DNA of 64,000 bases from Trichinella spiralis (lineage: Eukaryota). The translations under genes were made by a program, and so were the position numbers. Under the pieces are notes generated by a model. The model was not told where the DNA came from, did not search any database, and saw nothing but the letters and a program-made list of their open reading frames with translations. The DNA is taken from NCBI RefSeq assembly GCF_000181795.1, contig NW_003526941.1, positions 1,205,859 through 1,269,858 on the forward strand, given 5' to 3'. The first letter of the stretch is position 1; each line of letters begins with the position of its first letter. Positions 24,192 to 39,755 of this stretch are shown one piece after another.

Positions 24192-27100
24192 CTAGTCAAT
24201 TTTCACAGATGCATATATTCGACGCACAAACTTCGCCGTTGCCATATAACCTATGGCACCTGAAGAAAAGAGATTGCAATAATGAAGTCATAAAAAATAA
24301 TAAATTAATATTTACCGCACATCAAACCAACAAATATACAAAACAAGCCAGAATAGACAAAGTAAAATGTCGTCTGAAAAAACCCATACATCCTAGAACA
24401 AAAGCAAAATGAACAACAACAACTGAAACAATAGATAAAATGAAAAATCATACGCACCGAGTTTTATAAATGAAATAATAAATAGAATACAAGTACAAGT
24501 ACAAGGATATGGATGCTCCAGAAAGAAAACTCGTCCAGCGCCTGAAATGTAGCATAAAAACACACAATGAAAAGATTTTATAGAAAATTATCACGCTTAC
24601 ATACCAGCGATAGTCTTCTGAATTCAACAGCACATAAGTGCAGACAATGGTCATACACATGGTAACAGCCGCAAGCAAGATGGTAACCAAAAACATGAAC
24701 CCGTAAACATAGTAAACTTTATATGCCCAGAATGATGTAAAAATAAAATACCTACAACAACAAGTAACAAAAAGTCGAATAAGTAAGGAAGAAATCAATT
24801 TCTTATTATTTCATTCCTGAACACTTACACTTCTATAAATATAGAACCAAAAGGAAGCAAACCACCTCCGATTATGATCAACCAGGGTTGTAGGTAAATT
24901 TTCTTCTCAGGTATAGGGCGTGGCACTGCATTCACACGACAAGGATTATTCGGTCGGCCGCTCATATTTCGACCAACAACTGATCCAATCAACGTCAAAG
25001 GCAAAACGACCAAAGCATAAATCGCAACAATAGACGCCTAAAATAATAAATAAAAGTAAAAATAAAAACAAAAAAAATTATACCATCGTTCCAAATGGTA
25101 TAGATCGAGTAGAACTTTGGTACAAAGCTGAAATATTGCCAATACTAGCAGCGGTGGCCACCAACAATGGCAGAAAACTACCACAACATAATGCTTGTTT
25201 GATCCACCTTTTGCCTGCAAAAAAGAAAACTATCATACATGATAATAAAAAATAAAATTGTCAAAAAATATGTTCATTAAATTACCTCCAAAATGAGTAT
25301 ATATGCAGCCGCCAACATATCCGCTGACTGGAGAAAATAAAGCGTAACAAAATATCGTCGCAGTCAATATTGAACCTCGTCTAAAATTAGAAAGCATTCA
25401 AAGCATGCTTAAAAAAAATTATTCTTCAACAACTGTACATCAAATTGCATTGAAAGTAAAGTTATACTTTTAAATTCTTGTTACAGAATACATTTCACAC
25501 AAATGGATTATCACGTGCATACTGTATTGAACTTACTCCAAATAAAGTTCTCCCCAAAAAGTGATGAGAATAACGACAATAACTAAGACAAATACATGGA
25601 TTCCAGATCCGATGAGACATGAGAAAAGCATCGGAAAACTGGGAGACCGGAAAACATCCCCGTGAATCTGTTTCCAGCCATATTCATCACCAAAGTCACG
25701 ATCCTGTAATTACACGAAAAGGAAAGCTAACAATTCCCGAATTTAATGAAAACGTCAGTGATGCTTATTTACAAAATCGTCCATTTTCAAATCTTTCTCA
25801 TAACGCGCATAATCTTTACGCAGAGTTCGCATGAGAATAAACGCAACGACTGTGACCAAAAATATAACCATCATAAATGAATTGAACAAAGAAAACCAAT
25901 GAATCTAAAAAAATATTTAAATCACAACTCTTTTTGAAAAAAGTTTTCTGAAAAACAAACTCGATGTTTGAAAAAATTCGCATCTAAATACTTGTCGAAT
26001 CTGTCGTGAAATCGAACAGTAGAAGGTTTCCACATTACCTATAAAAAAGGGATTTCAAAGAATTCGTTTCATGTGATTTTCAGTATTCTTAAAAATTTCA
26101 TGCTCTTCAACAAATTAACCAAAACTTCGCACCTCGTAGGTTAGATCAAATGCAACGTCAGGCTTCAAATCTATCCGATTATTGGAAGTCAGATTTACTT
26201 CGACAATAGTGTTACCGTTGTATCCAATTTCAAACAGTCGATGGGTAAATAATTTCATAGATTCTCCCGAATTTTCATCATTTCTATATTCTCCAACAAT
26301 TCCTAAAACACTTATAAACTCTTACTGAAAACCAATGATGAACAATTCACTTCACCAAACCCCATAAAGGTAGATCATCAATGTACATTTGAAACCAATA
26401 ATGATTTCGAATAGCATGATGAAAAGCGTCCACTTCTTCGTTTAAAAGTGTTAAAGTACAATATGCTGTTTTAGCTACATTAACTAAACAAACAAGCGTA
26501 ACTTAAAAAAGAACAACATTTATGTATTAAAATTAACGTACCTTTGAATTTTATATCCAAACCAGAAAACTCCAAGTCGACACCGAGTAAATTATCACTA
26601 ATTGTTTCGTGATAATGAGCAATTGCAAGCTTGCTTCCCCGGCAAAATGGCAATGAAAAGTATGGATAGGTTTCTTGTAAATTATGATACGGCCCAACGG
26701 TATTCATCCACAGCACAACTTCTTCACCATCTTTGTACTATAAATAATCTGGTCAATATCTGAACACATTAATATATACATATATAAACAACATGTATCA
26801 CTTTAATTTGCATAAGCATACTAAATATAATGCTTACTTCAACTTTAGAGGCATTAACAAACTAAAGGATACAAATATCATCATTATTTTCCCTCAATGT
26901 ACCTGAGAATAAAATACTGTAACAATGTTTAAAATTTAATAAACAGATAAACTTATAAAATTAAGAGCCAAGGTTACATGCTGACAGTTGAAATTGCATC
27001 ATGTACAACAAAGTATGAATAGTAATGCAAAAAAATAAAAATATTTCTGCAACATATACGTGTTCGTGTGTAATGAAATTTTTAGTACATTCACAGCTTC

Positions 27101-27580
27101 ATATGCAAATTCAACAAAATAATTAAACAGAACAAGATTTTACTTATCAATATATGCATTTATTTTTTCAAAATTCAATATTTAATGATTTTAAAAATTA
27201 AACTTACAAATTCATGCATATACATTTGTTTGACCGTACTTATTTATACTATGTATTATTATAATTCGGTACAATGCCTTTACTGAATGAAAATAAGTAA
27301 GCCTTCAATATGAAAATGCAAAAACCTGCATTGCTTCAATTTAAATTAAATGTGTTTCAAATAAATCACAAGTATTGTCAAAGAAAGCATATTTTGAGAA
27401 AAAAAAGATAGGAAAGTGAAAACCGTGACCAACACCAAGCAGATGTACAATAGGGCCAGCTGAAAAATTCACATAAAAGTGTCAAAATGGACTTACCGTA
27501 TGGCTGTGTTCATCTGCTTCCGTGGCCTTTAATAAAAACATGAATAAAATAACGAGAATTGATTTTAATTCATTTGCCAT
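24192..27580 (-). CDS. TM9SF3: Transmembrane 9 superfamily member 3 (EMP70 family), multi-exon
   Basis: Signal peptide then [108 protein letters not shown]-terminal VKID*. Confidence 0.96.
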
Positions 27581-28378
27581 AATTTTTAAGAGAAAGGCTT
27601 GCTTCACAATAACTTCGTTCAAGCAGTAAAAGTAAGACGTTGAGTTTTTCTGTATTTTACGATTTTCAGGGATTAATCGTCGAAACTGTGGAAAAATTGC
27701 TCAAAATTAACTCGTTTCGTTTTGTTTGCTTAGATAATTAACAAAATGGGATAAATGATAAAAGTATATTTACGTACAAGCTTATCTTTTAATATGAAAG
27801 GAAATTATTGAAATAAAATTTTCTGTATAAATTTGAAAACGAGCTTTCGATTTTCAAAGTAATTAATGTTTCATTAATTGATTTGTTAAAAAGTATGACA
27901 AAATCTACGAAATGAACACAACATTTTTGAAAATTTGCATTTGAACAACGTTCTACTGAATGTAGTAGTTCAATGTTGGAAATTATCTCAACTTTTCACA
28001 TGATCAAACATGACAAGAATTATTTATTATATCAAAGTCATGAAGTGAATGTTTCAAAAGATAAGTTACAAAGCATGATGTGACTTTCAGTGAATTTTGA
28101 ATTGTTCAATTGCCAAATATCATATCATATCATATCGTAGGTTATGAAGTTTTCTTAAGATGTTTTGACATGACTAACAATGATATATGATTGGTGTCCC
28201 AGTAGTGTAAAGTTCTCATTTTGTTGAAACATTGCACAGAACCCAAATTTCATCAGGTCAGCATGCTACAATATGATTGAATGTCAAAATGTCCATTAAA
28301 GAAATAGTAACTTTAAATAAATTTTAATCATTAAAAGCAAAGTTTTTTGGTGAAAACAGTGTGCAATAACAACTAATG

Positions 28379-28424
28379 ATAGATTGATAGATGGACAGAT
28401 AGACAGACAGACAGACAGATAGAT
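28379..28424. repeat. (AGAT/AGAC)n tetranucleotide microsatellite
   Basis: atagattgatagatggacagatagacagacagacagacagatagatag. Confidence 0.85.
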
Positions 28425-31400
28425 AGTATGGATGATTTGAATTGATTTAATTTTCTTACCTCGTGTTGTCACATGCATAATTTATCTGAGCAAATATTTT
28501 TCAGAAGACATTTGTGCTTGATTTACAAAATTATTTGCAAATTTTGATTGATTTGACTCGTCAACTGAAACTGATGTTACGCGAGCAGAAAATGTATCTC
28601 AATCGGTCAATATTTCATCTAATAATACAAATTATACTCCAGTTTTCTTATTTACAATAAATAACTTTACTTATTTTATTAAAATAACAGAACTTAACAA
28701 TAACAACAACAACAGTAATAATAATAATAATAATAATATGAGAATTAAACAAGTTGTAAAATTTGTAAAAGAAACAAAATTTTGTGTAACTGTTTTTGTA
28801 TATTTTTCACAAAATGATTATTAATTGTTGCAATAAATCGGATGATGGTCGACAGTGTTCAGTTGAGTTGAGGTTCAGTTGTTCAAAGTTGAAACAGGAG
28901 GAGATGTTGGATGCGTATTTGGCAATGGCAACGGCGTGGATTTGAACGCGTCGACCGTGACGTGAACATCGATCAGCTGTCAAAAACAATCCTCGGCGTT
29001 TAATCATTTGTCAGATGCTGACTGGCAGCTTCAACAGCTAATTTTGATAGATTGGCCTGTACCTCTCTCGCCTTGGCAAGCTTTGTTGCCATCCGACGGC
29101 TTTTTGAATTTTTTGTTCGTTTAATTTATGCTAATTTGCAAATTTTTATTCACAGTAATAATGATAGAAATGATGTATATGTATACTGTAGATTTAGTTT
29201 TGCGAATTGTTAATTCAAAATGATTCTCTTAATCAGCTTCATAATTGGACAGCACTGTCAGTGGACGGTTTCATTTATTTTTGTTTCAGCCCCAGATTGA
29301 CGAGCAGTTGCTGACAAAAATTTGTTGCCATCGTGTCCATCAGGCTATTTTAATTATTCACCGCCTCCCATCATCACCAACACAACATAGTAATTGTGAA
29401 GCTCATTTACAGCAGCAGTAGAGAACAAACAAACAAAACAGCTAACAATTTAATATTCAATATTATCATTATTCTCATTTTAATGTTCATTTAAAATTTT
29501 CAAATGTGAATTTCTTTTGCCCATTCAAAATGGATAACATTTTTTCAAATATAACTTTAAATAACAGCTTCTTTAAAAAAACTGATCAATGACTTTTGAA
29601 TGTTGTTTATGACATGAACGTGCACATAATTTTACGTGCTGAAATGTTCGATGTCAAAAATTGAACGTTGCCATCAATCTGTATTGCAGCCGTTTATTCA
29701 AATGAAGTGAGTTGGCAGTGTGTTTTCAAGCTTGCCATCAAATTCGAACGACGATTTTTTTCATTTTAATTTAAACAATATTTTTAAAATTAAACAAAAA
29801 ACTAATAGCGATGATAATTAATGTACCTGTTTCAAAAGACGGCTGCACTGTGGGATGTTGGACGCACGGTCGAGGTTACAGTGCGTACAGTAGGCGATGT
29901 ACCATTTTTCAAACATGACTCATTCATCACAGTAATGTACAAATGATGAAACAGAAAATATTTAACAAAATGATAAAACGTGAATTTTGAATAGAATTTT
30001 AAATTAAAATAAAAACTATGCACAATTTCATGTATTTGAATATCAATGTCGTTATAAAGGATAAAAATATTTTGCCATTTTTTTCTTCTTGTAGTTATTT
30101 ATTAACGTTAAACGCTATCAGAAGCAGTTAATCCTGACTGCTGCTGACCTTGCAGTTGTCAATTCAACAGATGTTTGCAAGAAATTGCTCATATTGTTGT
30201 AAAATATTGCTTTTCAAAAGTTAAAATTTGGAACAAAAAAACAAAAGTTTGAAATTTGATAAATTCACGTTGAAAAAATACTGTAGATAAAAAATAATCA
30301 TGCAAGAAAGTGCGATCGTTCAGTTGATTTGTTTCAAAAAAGCAAAGGGAAGAGGAAAAGTGAAAAATTGGAAGAAGAATGCTTTCAAGTTGAAAAAATA
30401 AAGATGACAACTACGACGACGACGATGATGATGATGATGATGAGGTTGAGAATGTCAGCATTCACCAGCATACGGATGATTCAAATTGATTGATACCGTT
30501 GGAGATATAGATTGGTTGGTTGGGGAAGAAAATTTATGTATCAACTGGCGTCCGGTGAGTTTGGAAGGCAAAATTTGTGCCCGCACACAAGTGCCTGATG
30601 CACAAGCGACGGACGTGCGTTTGTCATTTTCAGCTTTATCTTTTTTCGCTCACTGATGGATGTTTTGTCATGAAAGTGACACGGCCATCCGGTCCGGTCT
30701 TTCAATAGTGGAAAGAACAAATTTGAAAAATGCACATTAAAACAAGCAAAAACATAATAAATTTGAGCAGATGGTTCAACCTGTACGCGTCGGAAGATGC
30801 AAAATTGAAAAGCGAAAAATGTAAATTTATTATTTCTTCAGTTTGCGCTAAATTTAACAACCTGCTTCAATAAAATGGCTAATTATATCTCCGAGGCAGA
30901 TGTATAATTTATTATTCAATTGCCAAACAGGGAATCATCACTTTCAATAATAATAATAATTTTTGTTCCATTATAATAACAATTATATGAAAGAAGACGA
31001 TGATGAAAATTTTTCATAAAAATTTACCTTTTAATTATAACTGTGAACGCACTGCATTTTACGTGCCCAAAATGAAAAGTAATCCATTTGTTATAAAATT
31101 AGCCGTGTGCTTATTGACTTTTACACGCTGCAGGCTTTGTTTAAGCAGAAAGAAACTGTTCAACGTAAAAAATTGATGGCACACTTGCAATATGCAAGTT
31201 TTGAATCATCTTTTTTTCAAAGCAGCTAATTTTACCTTATAAAAATAGTGGAAAAAACAATAATAAGACCAGTGAGGGGTTTACTATTGTAGACTAAATT
31301 TAGCAACTGTCACGAGTGTTGGATATTTGAGTAATGACACCCGAGTGGAATTTGCATTTGACATTAGTCAGTTTCATTAGTTACACAATTTCTGCTTTAT

Positions 31401-34400
31401 GTTTATCGTCATCGCCACTTCTAGACACACCACACACCTCGAAGATTAATTTTCTACAATACAGTACGAAAATGTTAATATGATTCACAAGAAAAAAATT
31501 TACAAAAGTAGAAGAAAAGCAACAGTAATAATAATAATAATTATTATTATTATTATCATGAAATTTAAAAATGATAATTTTGTGTTGTAGACGGTCGATT
31601 AGTCTTTCAGTGGTCAGTGTTCACGCATTTTTGAGCATTTTCGGGGTCAGCATCCACAAGAACACAAGCTCAACGGGGGAAAAGAGCCCACTTTGACGTG
31701 GCTGTTGTGTTTGACGGCTAATCTTTTCGGAATCTTTCAAGCGTCGACGATCAATTCTGCATTAGCATATCGCCTGTGATCCGCTGTCGTACGACACAAC
31801 CAGCCGCGCTGACATTCATCGAATGCTTGTTAATCTGTCAGGCAAACTCTCCTCGACCATAGCGTATCATTTGTGGTCATTTTCATCGGCCAGGGTGCAA
31901 TCAATCCAGGCCGAAACAACGCGCACATTCATCTTCCAACAATTTGACATGCTCCAGCTTGGATGACGGAACCGCTGGTGCCGATCGTTTGTTCTCCTCC
32001 TCCATCATCGCACAACGGCCAGTTGTCACTGAAGGTTTTTATAAATTTTCCATTATTCATACAGAATTTACAAATTCTGCAAAACATCCTGCACGCAATA
32101 ATAATAATAAGTATAATAATTCAATTTTCAAAATTAGAACGCGCAATTTATTATTAAAAACAAGAGAAAGCAACAAAAAAGAATCCCTCATGACGATGAT
32201 AATGGACACGCGCTATCAGAGCATCTTTGACTGACAACTGTGACATTATTTTGGCAAAACTGAGTGAAGAATAAAACACAGAGGTGATTCATTTTGAATT
32301 TCAAAAAATAAATGAAAAATGATTTACAATTAAATATTAATTGCTAAAAATAAAACTTTGTCCTCTTTCATAAAGGTTCAACAACAACGGAAAAACAATT
32401 GCAATTGGAAAAAACATCAACAAAAGATACTGTAAAAAGAGAACGAATACTTGTTTTGGATAAAATGAAAATAAAGTTAGTTTTTTTTTGGATATGCAAA
32501 TATATTTTAATTGAAAATTTTCGACCGATGCAATGAGCGAGAGAAAAAATTGTTTTCTTTGCATTGATCGAGTGACATTTTTCAAATTTACGATCGTCGT
32601 AATAAACGAGGGCCATTTGTCACCACGCCCGGATCTGTTGAAATGCATTACGCAGAAGAAGGTTAAGAAAGGAAGGCAAAAAAATAAATTTAAAATAAAA
32701 AATAATACAATCCATCCTGTGAACAACAAGAACAAAAAGAAGCAAAATTGATAATTGCCCTGCACTGAATGGTGACTTTTCCATTTGACAGTTATAAAAT
32801 TTAAATTATAAATCAAACTGATGAATGACTGTGAAATGAGTTCGCATTAAGTCGTCATGTTTCATTCTCGGCTGGGCGATTTTTATCTCAACTGAAGATA
32901 TAACCGAAACGCCGACGCCATCGCGCAACGACAACAACATTCGTCCAGAAGATGCTGAACAATAATGAAAAAGCCAAAAACAGCACAGAAAACGAAAGTC
33001 CCATTCACAATAATTGAATTCTCTACATATTCACTTTTATCGATAAAAATTATTAAAATTTTTATTAATATTAAACTACTTGAAACTTTTCAATTAATAA
33101 TATTTGGCTAATGGTGGAAAAATATTTCACATGCTTTGCATAGTTTGAAAACTTGTTCAAATGGCAATTCATTCATTTGCCTGTAAATCATCTCTCAGGT
33201 ACTTTGCACTGTTTACAGTAAGCAAACTGTCGAGTTTGTTTATACGTTGTTGTTGTTGGGAGTTTCTTTTTCGTGAACAAATTTGATATGGAAATTTTTA
33301 CACCTCACTTGCAACATCTTTTATTTATAAACAACAAAACAAAAATAACAAATTTAACTTTGTATTTCATTTAAATTTAAATTGATAAAATCAAATAACT
33401 TTTTTCTTTCGTGAAATTTGAAAATAAACTAGTTACAAAAATGTACAACATTTGTATGTTAAATTTATGTTTTCCAGGTCATCTCAGTATTCTGTTCGTC
33501 ATCCTAGCATCCTATTGCTTTTTTGCCCGTTGCAGACGGGATTAATGACATGACAAAACGAAAATTACAAACAACTTCCTACTTTGCTTACGTGAATTAT
33601 TTCCATTTTATGGATATTTGAATTGTGCGTGGTCGAAATTTATTGCCAACCCGATGACAGTATCTAGTGCAGAATTAGTTGCAATGTTCACACGTAAATG
33701 TTTTCTATTGCTCTTTTGGGGGGGGGGGAAGCAAAATTTTTTTTGTTGGATCCTGCTTTTTACCATCAAGCAAAAAACCGACAACCTTGGACAAAGCACA
33801 TATAATATTATTGCACTTACTGATGATGTCTTGTGCTGACCAATGTCACTTATTTCGACGATGCCAAGTTGTGTTGACCTATTTGAATTTCCATTTGCAT
33901 GTACAAACAACTATTCACAGGTCAACAACAGAGCTTAAAATTTGAAAGTTCAAAATCTGCACGAAACGTTTCAATTATTGCTAATACTGTAAAATTTATT
34001 TATGCTCAAATTACAAATCGACCAAACAAAACTGTTGGACAATTGTTGCCTTTGCTATTCGAGGAGTTGTTATTCGTATAATTTTCACTTTTGGAAAAAC
34101 ACTCTTCAGAACAATTAACTTTCCACTTGACACTTTTGATTGAATAAATTGAAAAAATTTCATTAACACCATACTATGACTAGTAACATGAGTAGCAGCA
34201 CTCAAACAAACAGCAGCAGCAGCAGCAGTAACAGCATTTTGACTACTACACACCACTGGTAACGAAAAATGTCTTGTGGAAAAGCTAGAGCAATCGATAA
34301 ACAAACATATTCATCCTATCGCTTACCTTACTGCTACTGTTGGATTTTGAAAATTTTTTTAACACTCTTCACAATCATGACAACTTTTGTTTATCTTTTC

Positions 34401-37400
34401 ACGTGTCTGATGTTTTGTTTTTGTTTGATTACTGTACTTTTGTAAAAATTGAGAAAAAGTTTTTCAGGTGTCAATTTATATAGAAGTTGTTTTTGTCGAA
34501 TAATAATTTACAAAAAAAATAAAGAAGAAAAAGCCAATGTCCGATGATCAGTAGAACAGACGTTATTGTGTGTCAGAGAACGAGAAATGCTGTCATATGT
34601 GCATATAAATCACCATTATTTATTTATTGGGTGCATTGTAGTTTTTGTATTTTCAAATTACACAACGACGACAACGGTGCAGCCAGGAAACCTTCGAAAG
34701 ATTATCTACAGGAATTGTTGTTCAATGTTGGTCATTTTTCATCCGTCTGAAAGTTAATTGCCAGAAAATTTAAACATATGGGATGCTGAACTATTTTGAA
34801 CAATGACAAGACGGAGAGCTTTCAATCAACGCCAAAATCGCTCATGTCACTCTGTGTTATCCGGCAAAATAATGATTTCGCTTTTCAACTTGAAACACAT
34901 TCACTTTGTTGTTTGTCAATTTGCTGAATTTCATATTCATAATTGTTTGTTGTTGTTGTACAAAAATGCAAAAATTCCTTTGTTAATTGCAGAGTTTTGA
35001 ATAATTTGCAAATCTGAAGCATTGCAAAGAGTCTCTGCATTGTCATTTGTTGTGCTGATTTATATATTTCAATTGTTACGTATCACTGTGAAGAAGTTGT
35101 AAACAGTTTCCTTGTTTATGGAAGTTTCAGATCAGGGTGGCCAAATATTTTTTTCAAAAAAAGAACACAAACTGATCATTGATGAGCTTGAAAAATAGAA
35201 TTTCATTGACGAAGAAGCAGGAAAAAGCATTTCTTGTAAATGATAATAGCCTGTAGTTGCGTTTGAAAAGTTAATGGCATCTGGCATGTTAGCAAGTGCA
35301 TATGGCCGCCGACGTGCGAATGCTCTTTTTCCCATTGCCCCCCACGTGAACGAGCTCTATTAGAAGCATATTTTGGGGGAAGAAATTTTAAATTTAAAAA
35401 TGAAAATGCTCTTCGCTCGTGAAAATGTGCGTTTCAGAAGAATATCGAAAGAGCAGCAAAAAGCATTAATCGCACAAGGCTGAATTCGTGAAATACGACT
35501 GCCCTGGGCATTTGGGACCGGATGATGAATGGCAAGATTCGAATTTGCCACGCCAACTGGAGCCACACCGATTATTGTTCACCCTTCTGAGGGCAGTGGC
35601 ATTGCCGGGTTGTGTTGGACAGTTGGACAAGTGTCACCGAGAGAAATAAATCTCTGGACATTGGACACAAGACAAGCAACAACAAATACAACGCATTCGG
35701 GTGGCAATACCAACAACAGGCAAATAAACAAAAGCAGCTGCTTTTCCTGTTGCCTTGTTCCTCCCGACCGGACTTGTTATTGCTGAATAGTAAGTAATTT
35801 TGATCAAAAAGGGAAAAATAATAATTTTCCAATCGAATACCGATGAACAGAAAAATAAGCAATTTGTCATCTCCAAACGCAGCAGCTGTTTGTGACATTT
35901 CAACTCTTTTGACAACCATGTTGCAGAAATTTTGGAACATTAAAGTAAAAAACACACACATATATATATGAATGAATAAATAAAGAAAACATAATAAAAA
36001 CAACAGCAACTTGTAAATCGTGGGAATATAATAAAAAAGAAACAATTAGACGATGGTTTTACAAAAATTTGGTGGAAAGAATTCAGTCGACGCACCAAAT
36101 GGACCCAGATATGCCTGCAAATGCAGTATATATATTGGGATTTTGATTTACTTTTATTCACTGCGCACAATTAGCAGCGGTACAGTTGATAGCAAGTAAC
36201 ATATTAAGTTGTAAATGAAAAGTTTTTGACAGCCGGTAATGGATCGACCGAGCGATCAGAGACGACGCCCGCCGCCGCTTGCAACACAACCCAACGCTTA
36301 TTGTTGCCCACTTTTCCAACCCAATTGGTTCGACAAGCAAATGGCTGAAACGACAGCTTGTCATTTTTGTCACACGGTTGACAATTTCTTTATTTGATCA
36401 ACTGTCGAACCAGAAATGCAATTTCGAAAAATTTTTCATCCCACCAGAAAAATAGAAATCCATTTTTACAATTTGACCAACAAGCAACCAAACACAATTA
36501 ATTGAAACAAAAAAAAATTCGATCGTGCATTCTTTGTTTTCACAAAATCCAATTGGATTACTGTAATTGTACAGTTGGATTGTTGGAACCCAAACAAAAA
36601 GCAATATTTATTTGTTTACGTCCAATTTTGACATGTGTCAGTGGAGTTGGTTGACGTTTGTGGAAAAAAAAAACTTTCCGGCCGTCGTCGATAACCGAAA
36701 ATGGCAACGCTCAAAGCGACACGTCGTTGTGTTAAAATTGCGTCACGCCGACACGTCCGTCTCTCTCTTTGTCCCGACAACGACCATATTCAAAATTTTT
36801 GTTCCTCTCGTTTTATTGGTGGAAATATTTTTGAATTTGAAAAAAAAAACCCGTAATGACTCATCATCAGAATATTTGAAAAAAAAGAATGAAATTTTTT
36901 TTGGTGTTAATTATATTAACCTGAATGATGAAATTGACAAGTTGACAAAAGGCTGTCGCAATTGTACAAAGCAAATAAACAAACAAACAAACAAACAAAC
37001 ACGACAATGTCTGTCGGTTGTTGTTGTTTTACGTGCTTTCAAGTCGGTCGGCATTTTGCTTTTGATCTTCTTTTTGTTTTTTTTTTGACGCAAGCGTCAA
37101 AACACGAACGGCCCCGTCGTGACCGGTTGGTGTGGTTGTAAAAGGTGACGACCGACGGTCAGTTGCGGTGTGAATCGCTTGGAAAGTTCGGAACCGGTGT
37201 TGGTCGGTCGGCGGCGGGCCGTTTGTTTGGTCGTAAAATCTGCCCGCGTTCAAAGGATGCCGCCGCCACTGTTCAATTAGATCATCAATTCGTCGTCGGC
37301 AATATATTCATTCCTCATGTATAAAATTAGCGCGCATAAAAAGCCGAACGATTAGATCAATGATTAGACCAACTGCAGCAGCAGAAATAAAAGGAGGAGG

Positions 37401-38576
37401 AGGAGGAGGAGGATTGAAAAAACTAACCATGAAAATAGAGAATATACCGTGTGAAAGTGAAATTATTATTATTTTTTTCTCACTCACTCTCTCTCTCCGT
37501 TGCACAATTTACCATCAACACGTTGTACTGTGTTTTTATCAGTTTAAAGCTCGAAGGTCGTCAAACTTCGTGTACTTTCATGAAACACCACGTGTTTACA
37601 CACATTTTCGACAAAACACGTCACCGGCATTTATGTCTCTCCAACGGCCAGCATGTCTTTCTTTTCCATTAAAAAAAAATAATAAAACCGGATACAGTGG
37701 TAATGAAAATGATGTTTAAATTGAAAATAATTTACAATTCAATTGAAAAGCAAGCAACGAAGTTTTCAAATTCTCGTTTGGAAATTGTGTACACATTTGT
37801 CATTGGAAATGGTGAGAGCATGCATAAATTTGAACAAAGAAAAAGCACCGATGTCGGGCCAAAAGTAGCAGCTGCTCGGCAAACGCACAAAGCAGCCATC
37901 TCGACAGGGACAAAACCAAGCAAGTAATAAATCAAACGTAGCTGACAGCGGACGTCCATTTGATAAAAACGTCCTGCTACTACTTCTACTACCGCCATTA
38001 ATACTCCTCCTCGGCTACTAGTTATTATAAGTACTACTAGTAGTAGTAGTAGTAGTAGTAGTGCTGCTGTTGCTATGCTCTCTTTATCTAAACGAGCAAG
38101 CAAGACATCACCACCACTCCACAAACTGCATACATACATAAAAATACATATCGATGTACTATAACTAACTGGTAATCGTTGTTCGATTTATAGATGAATC
38201 GTTGTCTGCGTTTGTGCACTAATTGTGAAACTTGTACACGGATCAGAACCAACTGAAATTATGTGCTTTTTATACCAACAACAACATCAACAATAAAAAA
38301 AAGGAAAGAAAAAAAACAGAAGAATTTTTTAAAAAAAAAGCATATTTACTGCCCGCAATTGAAGAGATGAATAAGTTTTTTTTTAAAGCAAGGCAAAAAA
38401 TGAATGATAAAAGAAGAAAATACGGGCAAACCACAAAGCACACTATGTATAAAATTATACATACGATGGTGAAAAAGAAGAGAAGCATACATAAGTATGT
38501 ATGTATGTAATTGTAATTAAAAGGAAGAGATTCAACAAAATTTGCTTTTTGTTCATTACCAACTCAGCACAACAAG

Positions 38577-39724
38577 TCAGGGCTGTTGCAATGTACCGGG
38601 CAATCTTTGGCTGGGACACAGGCCGGCTAAGGTTGACGGCATGGTCGGCGGCGTGCCGTAGGCGAACGGTGCCAACGGCGAGGCAACGGGCAAAGCGGTG
38701 GCGGCTGAAGATAAAATTTTCGTATATGGATGAAAACGCAACGAGCTCAAATAGGAAGAAGCTGCGGCATTTTGCTGTTGACAAAGAGTGCGTGTAAGCA
38801 ACGCAGAAGCCGAAGAAGAAGAAGAAGAAGCGGCGGCGCCAGCGGTTGCGTTGCTGACAGCAACAGATGCCGGGCTGTTCGACGGCGCAGTTTTGAGTGC
38901 ATCGTGCGTGGCGTGACTTCTCAAATGTTGCAACAGTTCGTCGCCGGAAGCGAATCGTTTACCACAGTACTGATCGCCGGTCATCCAATTGCACACATAC
39001 GACGACGACGACGACGACGACTGGTGATATTGTTGGTGGAATTGTAATAATTGTTGACCAGCGGTGGTATTCGTTGGGGGAGTCAAAAATTGCGCTACAG
39101 TAGGATGATGATTGGAACCGGCCAACGCGTTGGCCAAATTGGCGAACATGCCGACTTGAGCGGCGGCGGCGGCGGCCGCAGCCGCCACAGACGGATGCAG
39201 ACCGGCGTTGAAAAAAGGCGACGCCAAGTACGGATTCATCCAGACGGAAGAGGCGAAATCTTGAGGTGCGTGTCCGGCGCACTGGGCGCACCCGATCGGA
39301 CACGCCCTGGCCGCCGCCGGGCACGTTTTGCAAAACGGATCCGCGCACGGTCTGGGCGGCGGTACCAGGGTCGTCGTCGACGACACGCCGCCGAAGCAGG
39401 GAAACTGCACGATACTGTTGGGTGGCAAGGCGAAAGCGCCACTGCCACCGCCGCCGCCGCCGCCGTTGGTCAACGACAGACTGACCGCCGACGGTGCCGG
39501 GGGCAACAAGTGTTGGAACATGGCCGAAGTGGGCAAGGCCAGAGATTGGGTGGGCGTTGTCGAGTGCTTTTCTTTTTTCGCCGCCGCCGGAGAACGAGAC
39601 AACACCGGTGTCGTTGATTTGGACGTGCTAGATTTGCAGCATTTGGCTGGCGAAGACGAACACGCGCCGTCGACACTCTCGGAAGAGCGGACTTTGTGAA
39701 CTTCTTTCCGACCGTGGTGATTAT

Positions 39725-39755
<31 letters not shown>

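Noticed and set aside
7124..27580. Four consecutive minus-strand genes as a nematode operon
   Set aside because: Intergenic distances of 1.5-3.9 kb are longer than typical operon spacing; no spliced-leader evidence is available from DNA alone.
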